Positions 25,296 through 37,244 of a DNA stretch of 64,000 nt are shown here, in pieces. Origin of the DNA: Azolla caroliniana. Taxonomy: Eukaryota; Plantae; Polypodiophyta. The DNA is taken from the NCBI GenBank assembly GCA_043228905.1, contig JBHGNT010000016.1, forward strand, positions 8,184,001 through 8,248,000, in the 5' to 3' direction. Below the pieces are notes generated by a model. The model was not told the origin of the DNA. It made no database searches and saw nothing but the letters and a program-made list of their open reading frames with translations. Within the stretch, counting starts at the first letter, position 1; each line of letters begins with the position of its first letter. The translations under genes and the position numbers were made by a program.

Positions 25296-28200
25296 TGTTA
25301 TACATGTATCCCCGATACATACTAAGTGTGAAAAGGCCAAAACTGGTCTTCCACTTAGTTGTGTGGGGAGAGAGAGAGTGTGTGAGTTAGTGAGTGTGAG
25401 AGAGCGAGTGTCTATGTTCTCCCTGTGTGGTTTTTCCCCCCCTTTTTGCCTTTGTTGCAGAGATTTACCTCTCTCTCTTCTTATAATCTCCACCCAGATG
25501 TATCAATTGAATCCCTTTGTCATTCACCCCCTATTCCTCTCGTGCACTCCTTCTTCATCCTTGACTGTCAGTGCATTACGATCAAGAGCATATTGTCTCT
25601 TGATTTTCTGCTCTATTGATTGTCATCAATGGTATCAGAGCGAGAGAGACAACGAGGGAAGCTTTGGAGTCGGAAACAACAAGCGTCCGAGACTCGTAGC
25701 GGCGTAGGAGATTCGTGTGGTAAGCGTTGGAATATCGGGCTCGGCTGAAGCATCTACCTACTGTTGGGCATCTCCAGCATCTTCAACATTGAAGAAAGGA
25801 ACATGCTATTCACAGGTATTTCCCTTGGTTAAACTCTCTAATTATCCATCATATCCGAAACATTTTTTGGGTGGAAATAAGTTGTGGTGGGAGAGACCCC
25901 TGCCACATTTGCAAGAGAGATTTGGGGTTAATGTGAATGCATAGCAAAGCCGATGCCTACAGTTTGTGGTTCGGCAGATGTATGTGAGTCAATGTCGTTG
26001 CTACATTTGGAAGAGAAATTTGGGGTCAATGTGAATGTATAACAAAGCAGTTGCCTACAATTTGTGATTGGGAGATGTATGCTAGTCAATATTGTTGACA
26101 TTTCAGAAATTATATGTCTTTAAGTGGTGCTTGTTATATGCAAGATTGGTATCAGCCCTCTTTGACAGTTCATAGCTGATATTTTGGAAGTTGTATGCTT
26201 TCAATGGTGTGTGTTGCACGAAAATAAAAAAATAAAAAAATTGGGTATCAATTGTTTGACTGTTTGCCATAAGCTAGTTGGTTACTAGTTTTTGTTGCCC
26301 AATCGTTGCTTGATATTGTCGTTCACTCCTATGGAGTCTGAAATGTTGGATGTATCTAGTAGCACTTATGTTGCTCGTAATAGTTCAAGTAAGAACTATT
26401 CATTTTTGGGAAAAGATCATATTGAGATCCGGAAATTTGATGGATCTAATTTTGCTTTGTGGAAGAATTAGATGCGAATTTATTGGTTCAAAGAAAGCAA
26501 ACGAGGCCCCTAGGTGGCAAAGCGAAGAAGCCGAATGACATGGATGATGATGATTGGGAGGAACTTGATGCCTTGACCATGTCCACTATAAGACTGCACT
26601 TGGCGGATAGTGCCTACTTTACTGTTTTAGACAGCCAAAACTCCGAAGAACTTTGGAAAAAACTATGCAATACCTATGAGAAGGAGACTGCAGCAAACAA
26701 GGTGTATTTGATGAGAAAGTTATATGACCTTCGTATGAAGGATACGGATAGTATTGTGTCTCGTTTAAATCAGTTTGATGCATTATGGTTGCAATTGCAA
26801 GCTCAGTAAATGACCATGGATGATGAGCTGAAAGCGGTATTTTTGCTATGCACATTGCCTAGCTCATGGGACACATTTTGCACCGCTATTAGTGCTAGTG
26901 TACCAAACGGGAAATTGGTGTATAATGACATAAGTGGAGCACTATTGGGTGAAGAAATACGTAGGAAATCTATGGTTTGCTCACAAGTTGGAGATGCATA
27001 TAATGTTCAAGATGCTGGTTATGGTAAAAACCAGCAACGTGGTAGAAGCCAAACCAGAAATAGTCATGGAAATCATGACAAGAGCAGAAGTAAGTCTAGG
27101 AAGAGACTTGTGGAATGCCATTATTGCCACAAGAAGGGTCATATTAAGAAAGACTATTATGCCTTGAAGAACAAAGAAAAGGAAAAGAGTAAAACTCATG
27201 GTGATGGGCAACAATTGGTTGCTTCATCATCTTCGTTGAAACTAGAGGAAATAAATGTTGCATGCGATGATGGTGTTGACATCTTGGTCATGGATGATGA
27301 TGCTACCTATGTTGAGGCTAATATTGCTCATGCGTTTGCTCATACATGGTTGTTGGACTTTGGTGCTTCATTTCATGTGACTCCACATAGAGAGTGGTTC
27401 ACACAATACGAAGCTAAATCACTTGGTACAGTCTGACTTGGAGATTCACATCAGTGTGATGTGATTGGCATCGGAGATGTCATGGTACAATTTTCTGATG
27501 GCTCTCAGTTTACCATACAAAATGTACGCCATGTGCCTGAGCTAACTCGTAGCTTAATGTCTGTTGGACAGTTTGATAACATTGGTTTTAAAGTGATTTT
27601 TGCTACCCAGTCCTTTCGTATTACGAAAGGAAATATGGTTATTGCTAAAGGGAACAAAGTTGGTTCACTGTATCCTTTAGTTGTCCATCAAAAGGAGCAT
27701 CTTTTGACAGTCATAGAACAACCTATGACTTGCATTTGGCATGGCCATTTAGGTCACATGTCTCGTACTGGAATGGAAACATTAGCTTGGAGAAGGTTGT
27801 TTCTCGCGAAAATGTTGCAGATGCATTGACTAAGGCCTTACCACAAGATGCATTGGAGCATTGTTGTTACTTGATGGGCATTACTTAGTACCTTACGTTA
27901 CACACTTGCTGTGTACATTGTGTAACATGCCCATCAGGTGGGAGGTATAGGTCTAGGTCTTGTACAGGTCAACCTTCCATTATTTGTACTCCTAGTTTAG
28001 GCCTTTTAGTGGGAGATTGTTATACATGTATCCCTGATATATACTAAGTGTGAAAAGGCCAAAACTGGTCTTCCACTTAGTTGTGTGAGGAGAGAGAGTG
28101 AGTGAGTTAGTGAGTGTGAGAGAGCGAGTGTCTATGTTCTCTCTGTGTGGTTTTTTCTCCCCTTTTGCCTTTGTTGCAGAGATTTACCTCTCTCTCCTCT

Positions 28201-28347
28201 TGTAATCTCCACCCAGCTGTATCAATTGAATCCCTTTGTCATTCACCCCCTATTCCTCTCGTGCACTCCTTCTTCATCCTTCATTGTCAGTGCATTACGA
28301 TCAAGGGCAGATTGTCTCTTGATTTTCTGCTCTATTGATTGTCATCA
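25296..28347 (+). mobile_element. Internally deleted Ty1/copia element E; LTRs 25296-25628 and 28018-28347; TSD ATATA
   Basis: Closely similar LTRs, PBS TGGTATCAGAGC (tRNA-iMet, 25630-25641), gag with CHYCHKKGH, protease WLLDFGASFH, then a jump at ~27783 to the RNase H end (ENVADALTKAL); PPT AGTGGGAGAT. Confidence 0.92.
25906..26103 (+). repeat. ~96-bp diverged tandem duplication in the leader of element E
   Basis: ACATTTG.AAGAGA.ATTTGGGGT.AATGTGAATG...GCCTACA.TTTGTG occurs twice. Confidence 0.75.
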
Positions 28348-29200
28348 ATATATGCGTGTGTGTCCCCGGTTGGCGTAGGGTTGTGTGTGTGTGTGTGTGT
28401 GCGTGTGAGGGTGCGGTTAACCGGGCCATGACCCGTGTCACTTTTGGCCCTTGTACATACGAACAAAAGGGCGGTAAGGATGGGTGAGCGCCTTCTCACT
28501 CTGCGAACGGTCACCGGTCGCTTCCGAGGAGAAACCGAAACCGGCCGGCAAGGTCTGACCCGGACACCATTTGGGCCCAAACCGGCCGACAGCACGGCAT
28601 GCTTAGGAGGATTTGGTCCTCCGGAAACTCCACTCTTGGTCCATGACCCCGGTGGTCCCGCTTGGATCCAACATGCAAGGGCAGATCTCCACGTCAACGT
28701 GACATAATATCGGCATCCGCCGAATGTGGTTGTTTGTGCCGGTCCCCATACATCTGAATGAACTACATCCAGGATCCCTTTGCTCACATTTCTCTCTTTC
28801 AGGAACGGTTGTCGGTGTCGTTTACCGAATTGGTAGGCTTCACATACGCTTGCAATCACCTTTTCGGTAAAAGTCGGGAGTCCGATGATGACTCCTTTCA
28901 ATTGTGTTCCTTTAAGCTTCTGGAGATTGATGTGGTTGATTCTCTTGTGTCATAGTTTCAGGTCCATTTCGACGTTGAGGCCTTTTGCAAACATGGCCGA
29001 TATCACCTCATTCGACTCGAGGATGAACATTTGGCCTCCTCATCGACCGTGAGTTATGAGTAGATCATCTTTTTCAACGAAGCACCCTTCATTGTTGAAC
29101 CGCACTTGCATGCCTTGTTCTACTATCTGGCCGACCAAGACCAGATTTTTCATGATGGTTGGGACATGCAAGACGTTCTTGAGGTAGGTTTGTTTGCTGA

Positions 29201-32200
29201 TGTCGTGATGTTGCATGTTCAGTGGGAGAAAAAGTAAAAATGTGTGGTTCCACGCACATTACACAAATACTTGTAAAAAATGGAAATAAATCAAGAATAA
29301 ATAATCCTAAGGCCTAATGGCATTGAGTGCATATAGAGAGGTGCAAGTAGGATTTGAACCTTGCACCTCCAAGATAGATGGCAATTAACTTACCACTAAA
29401 GCTACTACCAAGTGCTCTAGATTTTGTATATTTCCTTGTCATATTCAGTATTCCATAGGAAACAAATGTACAAAACCATGGGTTTTAAGCCTATGGTTTT
29501 GTGCATGCCACAAGAAAAACCATGTGCCCAAAAACCATGGGTCCAAGCCCATGGTTTTGTGCATGTTTGAAGCATGGATAGACCTATAAAAACCCTTCTA
29601 AGGCTTGTGTAAGGGGGGCTCAAGATGTGATATCACCATCATCATCACCATCAATATAAAATTCTTCTTATAATTATAATTCTTATTGTTCTTCTTCTTT
29701 TCTCATTGATCAATATTATCATACTTCTTATTGTTCTTCTTATAATCGTCAATCTTTCGATCTTCTCAAGTGTAACAATGTTTCCTTGACTCTAAAATTG
29801 ACATTGTCCTCTTTTCGATAACTTGGCGAACGTCCTCCTAGGCGCAAACGTTCTCCCCAGTCCAAGACCCCGACGGTCACACTCAAGTAGCACACACACG
29901 CGCATCTTTGCAACATCTCTTGGTGAACCTAACGTGAAGAGTGGTAGGGGAGGATGAAGATTGATGATGAATATCTCGTGGAGGCAATGTCAAAGATAAT
30001 GATAGAATTTTCAAGAGAAGGGAAAAGACCAGATGCGGCCCAACAAGTCGTCGAAAGTGTGGTCGAGCGAGTCGGTTGTTTCGACAGGGGCAATGTCCAA
30101 TTTTTTCTAGAAACCTACAATGTCGAGATGGATTCGAGAGGTGTAAACGAATATATGAGGCTGGAGTAGTTTTGTCGGGTGGTGGATGAACCGATCTACA
30201 AAGAGGTAAAAGAGCTTCGAGAAGCTCATGATTCGTGGGTGAATTTCACGGAGGCTCTATTGGAGGCATATGGCGACAATAGAACGAAGGGACGAGGTCA
30301 GTGTGAGTTTGACCAGTGGATGGCATCGGTGAAGACCCACCAAGGCACGACACAAGCATTCCTAGACTTCGAGCGTCATTTTTCTCAACTCTCGGAGTAG
30401 GAACAAAGATTGGTGGGGGTGGATAAGGTGTTGTTGTTCGTGAAGTCGATCAATCAAAGGGAAAGGATGGCAATCAGACTCAAATTTGAAGAAGATTACG
30501 ATGCAAATGGCCTCACCAAGGATTGGACCAAAGTGGAAAGAGTATGCCGACTACACGATAAGAGGAAGACGAGATTCTCATCGCAACAACACAACTCATG
30601 AGGGATGGTGAAAGGAGGACAAGATGCGACTACACACTACCACCAAAGGAAGAAAGCTCGAAGAGGGAAGGTTCCACAATACTCGACATAGAAGTCTTTA
30701 TGAGAGAGGCATTCGAGAACTTAAAGGCACAAGTTAAGGTTGAAGAGAAGCTTCAAAAGGAGCAAAAACGGAGGAAAATGGTGATCGAGGAAGAAGAGAC
30801 CTCCCAACAAATGCGGAGTAATGATACGGCCAATACGAAGGCCCAGGTTCGGTGCGACAATACCACGGGAGAAGGTGTGGAACAAGCCACCTTCTCGACT
30901 TACGGAGGAACAACGATCAAGAGAAAGGCCGAAGACTCGAGAGTGGGAAATTCCGCTTTAAGAGTGGATGAGCATTTCGGAACACACGTTGTGTCCGAAA
31001 TATCGAGTGAAGAAGGTGCAAGCATGAGCAAAGCTTGCGTGATCGAGGGAGATAAAGAGTGCACGGCCGATGTGATTGAGGCAGTAGCCACGAGGAACGA
31101 CATCGCGTCGGAGATGGCAATGGACGAGTCCACGGCGGATGGCCGTGTCGAGACTTTCGCAACACTTGACCTAGAGACTTGGGCAGTTGCGTTCGAGAGC
31201 CAACATGAGACCCAAGAGACGGAGAGTGGTGGGGAAGAAAAGATTGAAGCCAATGCGAATAAAAACGTTGAGGGAAAGATGGCTATGGATGAGTCGACGG
31301 TGACCGATGGTGCCGAGGTTCTCCCCACAATTGTTCCTGAGACTTCGGCAGTTGTGCCCGAGTGCCAACGTGAGACCCGAGAGACGGAAGGTGGTGGCGG
31401 GAAATCGAAGGACCGAAATGATGATGAGGACGAAGAGGAGGATCACCACAGATGAAGGGATCCCTCCACACCGATTCCGGAGACTTCGGCAGTTGTGCCC
31501 GAGAGCCAACATAAGACCGGACAGATGGAAGGTGGCACCGAGGAGATGAGGGTCAAAACCAGCGCATACGGAGTAACGGTGGCCAACAAGGAGGCCAAGA
31601 ACAAAGCTACAATAGAGTTCGATGAAGAGCCAGAGAGCAACAAGGAAGGAAGAACCGGAATACAATTTGGATGGAAGATGATGCAGTTGGTATTCCAACC
31701 CGAACGGAAGCCAACCCGGATGGGAGCTGATCAACCGGGCCCGACCCAACGGAAACCTGGACATAACCCAATCGTCCGAGTCCGATTCGGCCGAATGTGA
31801 ATCCAAACGAAGGCCGACCAAGCCAGAAGCTGATTGGTCGAGACCGATCCAAACAGAAGTTCAGTCGGCCTAGCCGAAGGTCGAAGCAGACGAGCCGCGA
31901 CACCCGGTCGAGGATGTTGAGCATGAGGAAAGGCAAACAAGAGACATGTTCAAAGTAGCGGACAAAAAGATGGTGCGGGCGAGGCACAAGAAAGGAGGAA
32001 ATCAAAGACCAACCACCTTTGACCTTGCCACATCACTCTTTTCTTCTTGGCACATACTAGAGGATGTGCAATTTGGTGGGGGTGGATGTCGTGATGTTGC
32101 ACGTCTAGTGGGAGAAAAAGTGAAAAAGTGTGGTTCCACGTACATTACACAAATACTTGTAAAAATGAAAATAAATCAATAATAAATAATCCTAGGGCCT

Positions 32201-32755
32201 AATGGCATTGAGTGCGTATAGAGAGGTGCAAGTAGGATTTGAAACTTGCACCTCCAAGATAGAAAGAAATTAACTTACCACGAAAGGTACTACCAAGTGC
32301 TCTAGATTTTATATATTTCCTTGTTATATTCAGTATTCCATAGGAAACAAACGTACAAAACCGTGTACACAAAACCATGGTTTTAAGCCTACGGTTTTGT
32401 GCATGTCATAAGCAAAACCATGTGCACACAACCATGGGTTTAGCCCATGGTTTTGTGCAGGTTAGAAGCATGGATAGACCTATAAAAACCCTTGTAAGGC
32501 TTGTGTAAGGGGGGGGCTCAATATGTGATATCATCAGCATCACCATCAATATAATATTCTTCTTCTTATATTATTCTTCTTGTTTATCTTCTTCTCGAGT
32601 GTACAAATTTCTGATCTTCTCAAATGTAACATTGTTTCCTCAAATCTTACATTCACATCGTCCTCTTCTCAATAACTTGATTGTCATCCTCCCTGGTCCG
32701 AGACCCCGGTGGTCCCATTCAAGCGAAGCACGCACGCACACACATCTTCACGACA
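29201..32755 (+). mobile_element. Non-autonomous gag-only LTR element C; LTRs 29201-29915 and 32087-32755
   Basis: Paired LTRs; Trp-type PBS TGGTGAACCTAACGTGAA (29921-29938); PPT TGGGGGTGGA; degenerate gag plus acidic repetitive ORF and no pol; removing the element plus 4 bp (CTGA/CCGT) restores host GNDGKQTYL. Confidence 0.85.
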
Positions 32756-33388
32756 CCGTCGTTCCCGAATGAGACATTTCCGATATGCCAAATTGGGTGA
32801 GTTGTGTCATCTCTAGTTTCGACATAGTCGGGTCGATCGGGCTTTCTCAATTCTCGGAACCAATCTTTGTGAGAAGTCATGTGATTGGACACTCCAAAGT
32901 CGACAAACCATACATTGTCTAAAGGAGAGGTATTTGTCGGACCCTGTGTCGACATCGTGTGCTTTATACCTCATTACGAACATTTTTCCATGGTCGTCAT
33001 AATCGGAATTCGTGGCATAGTTCATGAGTTGTTGGTTGCTCAAAACCGACTCTCGTTTCTTCTTTCGGCACTCCTCTTCGTAGTGGCCAAGTTTTCCACA
33101 GTACCCACATTTGATCGGGCTGTTTTGGTAGCTTAGTCCGGTAGGATGGCTCCCCCTTCTACTGAACTCCCTAGGAGTGTTCCTGGCCTCCTGCCAATGG
33201 TGGGAATTACGTTCTCAGGGCGGCTGACCCTGTCGGCCCCGGCCGAATCAACCTCTGTTTCCTTAGCCGAATCCTCTTCCCTCTGTCAGGAACAGTACTG
33301 AGACAGAGAAGGAATTAGTACTAAACGAAGGATTAGTACTATGAGAGGTGTAGAACTTCTTCAAGAGAAGGAAGGAGTGAGCGAGATG

Positions 33389-33428
<40 letters not shown>

Positions 33429-36400
33429 TGATAAGAAAGATATGTATTATATGAAGAGAATATACAATGGTGGCTAAAAGGCTTAAGACTGGCGTTGAAC
33501 CAATTTGGTTCAACATAATGCCTAGTGCCCTCTTTTATAGTGTTTTCAGGAGTAATCCTGAAGCTTCTAGAATGTTCCAGAGAAATCTGGAATATACACT
33601 AATTTCCTATAATAAAATGTAAATGAAAATAATATCCTACGTATTACAATAGATGGTCTAATGGTCAAGAGCTCGACCCATATAACCTAAGGTCATGGGT
33701 TCGAGTCTTGCCATATCATGACACTATCCCCCCTTTAAAACGACGAGTGTCACGAGCATTGGTCACATTCTCGATCGGTTCCCAAGTACGTTCGTTGGGA
33801 CTATAGCCTAGCCAATCGACTAGATAGTAGAGCTTGTTGCGAACAATCTTGGAATCAAGGATGGCGGCAACCTCGTACTCCGGCCCATCTTCAAGCTCGA
33901 TCAGGGGTGGCGGTTGGATAAGACGTCCTGGGATGGTGCTCTCGTGGTAGGGTTCGAGGAGAGAACTATGAAACACCGGATGTATCCGAAGTTGAGGAGG
34001 TAGATCAAGACGAAAAGCGACATCATTAATCTGTCCAATAATACGGAAAGGACCTAATCGCCGATAATCCAACTTCTCACATGGGCGAGTAGTCTTGATG
34101 TGTCGTCGTAGCAGCCACACCCGATCTCCAATATTAAAACTGGATGGAAGTCGATGACGATCCGCGTAGACCTTGTGTGTTTGTTGAGCTTGCTGGAGAT
34201 GAGTAGATATATCCGCTTGTATCTTGCGTAACCGCTCCAAACGATCCTCCGCGCACGGATTTGTGGACACCTCTGGGGTTTCAAGTACACTCCACCGGGG
34301 GTGACATCTCGTATAAGCATAAAATGGCGTAACTTTAGTGGATGCGTGGATAGAGTTGTTATAGGCAAATTCGGCGAAGTGGAGAATATCTGCCTAGTCG
34401 TCCTGATGATAACTGAGAAAGCACCGCAGATACTACTCCAACATTTGATTTGTTCGTTCAGCTTGGCCATCGGTTTGTGGGTGGTGGCCGAAGGAGAGGT
34501 TACAAGAGACCTTGAGCATGTTAAAAAGGTGCTTCCAGAATTTTGACACGAACTGGGGTCCACGGTCGCTGATGATACTATCGGGAAGTCCATGATGCCG
34601 ACATACTTCACGCATGACAATTTCGGCAGTGTCTTCACTGGAGATCTCCTTAGTACATGGAAAGAAATGAGCCACCTTCGTGTATCGATCGACCACTGTT
34701 AGAATCGCATTGAACCCCTTAGAGACTGGGAGATCTGTGATGAAGTCTAGAGCAATGGATTGCCATGGCTTGCTTGGAATTGGTAATGGTTCTAATAAAC
34801 CATATGGATGATGCTTTGGCATTTTTGCTCTGCAACATGTATCACAAGTCCGAACAAAATCCTCGACAAATTGTCGCATACAGGGCCACCAGAATGATCG
34901 TTGTACTAAATGTAATGTTTTAGTTCTACCAAAATGCCCAGCTGTATATGTGTCATGGCAGTTTTGAACTACTCGAAGGCGGCAAGAACCATTAGGAACA
35001 TACAAAAGTTCTTTAAAGAAGAGTAATCCATCATGGTATTTGAATTGCCGATAGTCCGTACCTGGTGGTTGCGACTGTGAACACGACACTCGAGAGGGAT
35101 CAATTTGTGCTAGTATAGCTTGGGCGAACGCATCTGTCTTCAAGTCTTCACGTATGGTATCGATAACGCGGGAATCCATGGGCATGTCAAAGATTTGTGT
35201 TGCTTGTAGTCGTGCCGGTCCCAAGATGACTTGTTTTTGGTTATCGAAAGCTGGCTCGCCGGGACGGGGTGCTAGATACGAACGTCGTGATAATGCATCT
35301 GCCTTCCCTTGGTGCTTCCCCGGACGATATGTAATTTTGAAGTCGAAACGCATGAGGAAGTGGGCCCACCAAGCTTGACGTCGATTCAACACACGAGCAT
35401 CCTGAAAGTAGGCAAGATTCTTGTGATCACTAAATACGGTGACTGGATGAGAGGATTCCTCCAGAAAATGCCTCCATTGCATAAAAGAATCCACTATTGC
35501 CAATAGCTCCTTATCATGAATTTCGTAGTTAATTTCGGCGGCGTCAAACTTGCGTGAGTGAAAAGCCACAGGATGTAGCTTCTCATCATTCCCTTGTTGT
35601 GACAGAATGCTCCCCAATGCAAAATCCGATACGTCAGCTTCGACAATGAATGCTTTTTCCGGATCAACATGAGCTAGAATTGGAGCCGATGTAAATGCCT
35701 TTTTAAGACTCTCGAAAGCCATGTCCGTTTCTTCAGACGTGATGAACAGTTGTCCCTTCCTGGTAAGTTGTGTGAGAGGTAGAACGATCTTTGAGTAATC
35801 TTGTATAAACTTTCGGTAAAAATTGGCAAAGCCTAGGAAGCATTGCACATCCCGCACCGAACGCGGAGTCTGCCATTCTACCACCGTTTTGACCTTAGCT
35901 GGGTCCATGGAGATGCCTTCTGACGAAATGATGTAGCCGAGAAATTCCACTTGGTTGCACCCGAAACTACATTTTTCCAGTTTACATACAGACCATGTTC
36001 TCGAAGTCGTTTTAGTACTAATAATACATGAGAATCATGTTCTTCTTGGGTCTTTGAATAAACCAGTAGATCATCCAAATAGATGATCAAACAATCATCC
36101 AATAGATCTCAGAATATATCATTTGCCATGTGCTGGAAGACTGTCGGCGCATTAGTGAGGCCGAACGGCATGACCGTATACTCGAAGTGCTCATATCTGG
36201 TGCGAAACGCGGTCTTCCATTCGTCTCCTGGTCGGATCCGTACGAGGTTATATGCTCCCCGTAAGTCAATCTTCATGAAGAACCTGGCACCATTGATCCG
36301 TTCTAAAAGACTTGAGATAAGGGGAAGAGCATACCTATTCCTGATTGTAACCTTATTCAAGCCACGGTAATCTACAACGAGACGAAGCGATCCATCTTTT

Positions 36401-37191
36401 TTCTTAACGAAGAAAATGGGCGCGCCGGCTGGAGATTTCAAATGTCGAATAAAACCATTTTCCAAATTCTCCTCGATATAGGCCCGAAGGACTTCCAGCT
36501 CGGTTGGTGACAAATTGTAGATCGGTCCCCATGGCGGCTCTTTTCCCGGTTGTAAATCGATGGGGCAATTGTACGGTCGATGATGAGGAAGTGTGTTGGC
36601 TTGTACTTTATCGAACACATCGGCGTAATGACGATACTTCTCGGGAAGTTGAACGGTGGATTCTTCTTTAGTGGTGCTGGAGGGGTTTATTGATATTGCA
36701 AAGAGGAACATTTCCTCCTCGCGCCCTTCTTTACGCAACTGACATAGCGAAATGGTTGCCATCTTCTGAGTTGACCCTTGGGTTTGTCGACACCGGATTT
36801 CTCTTGTTCTCCAATCTATGTCTGGGTTATGTAACTCGAACCACGGTAATCCTAAACTATAGGATGTTCTGGGATACTAATAATATTAAATGATACTACA
36901 CATGCTAAGTTATCTAGGACAATATTAATGGGCTCTGACTCTTCTATGATATTTCCGGAAGCAATGGGACGTCCATCAATGACTACTACAGAGGCTGAAC
37001 ACTGGAGTTTTCTTAGGGATATCTTATGAGCTTGAGCAAATTTCTTATCCATAAAGCAAGAGTTAGCTCCGGAATCTAGGAGTGCTAGGACATGTACTGG
37101 AGGGGTACTTTTAGTACTAACTATTACTTGGGCTACGAACACATCACTAACTTGCTTAGAGGGAATGGAACCACTAATGGGTTGCACATAT

Positions 37192-37244
37192 CTAGGGCTG
37201 TCCAACCAAACGGCTCCTATTTTGGCTGGACTTAGTCGTTTAAC
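37192..37244 (-). promoter_or_regulatory. Putative -1 ribosomal frameshift signal at gag/pol junction (copy F)
   Basis: G_TTA_AAC, 6-nt spacer, 11-bp stem; the -1 frame reads VKRLSPAKIGAVWLDSPRYV into protease. Confidence 0.72.

Larger units (their letters stand above)
24451..28696 (+). mobile_element. Solo LTR D (~1.19 kb after removing nested copia E), 4-bp TSD ACGT
   Basis: TGTTGTG...CCACGTCA flanked by ACGT (24447-24450, 28697-28700); TATAAAA at 24652; no coding domains; U5 motif shared with B and C. Confidence 0.8.

Noticed and set aside
24746-25707. Overlapping 70-160 aa ORFs in a GC-rich stretch
   Set aside because: They lie inside solo LTR D and the LTR of E; incidental ORFs.
33645-33720. 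Functional tRNA gene
   Set aside because: Acceptor and T stems do not pair and there is no T-run terminator; same for the other modules.
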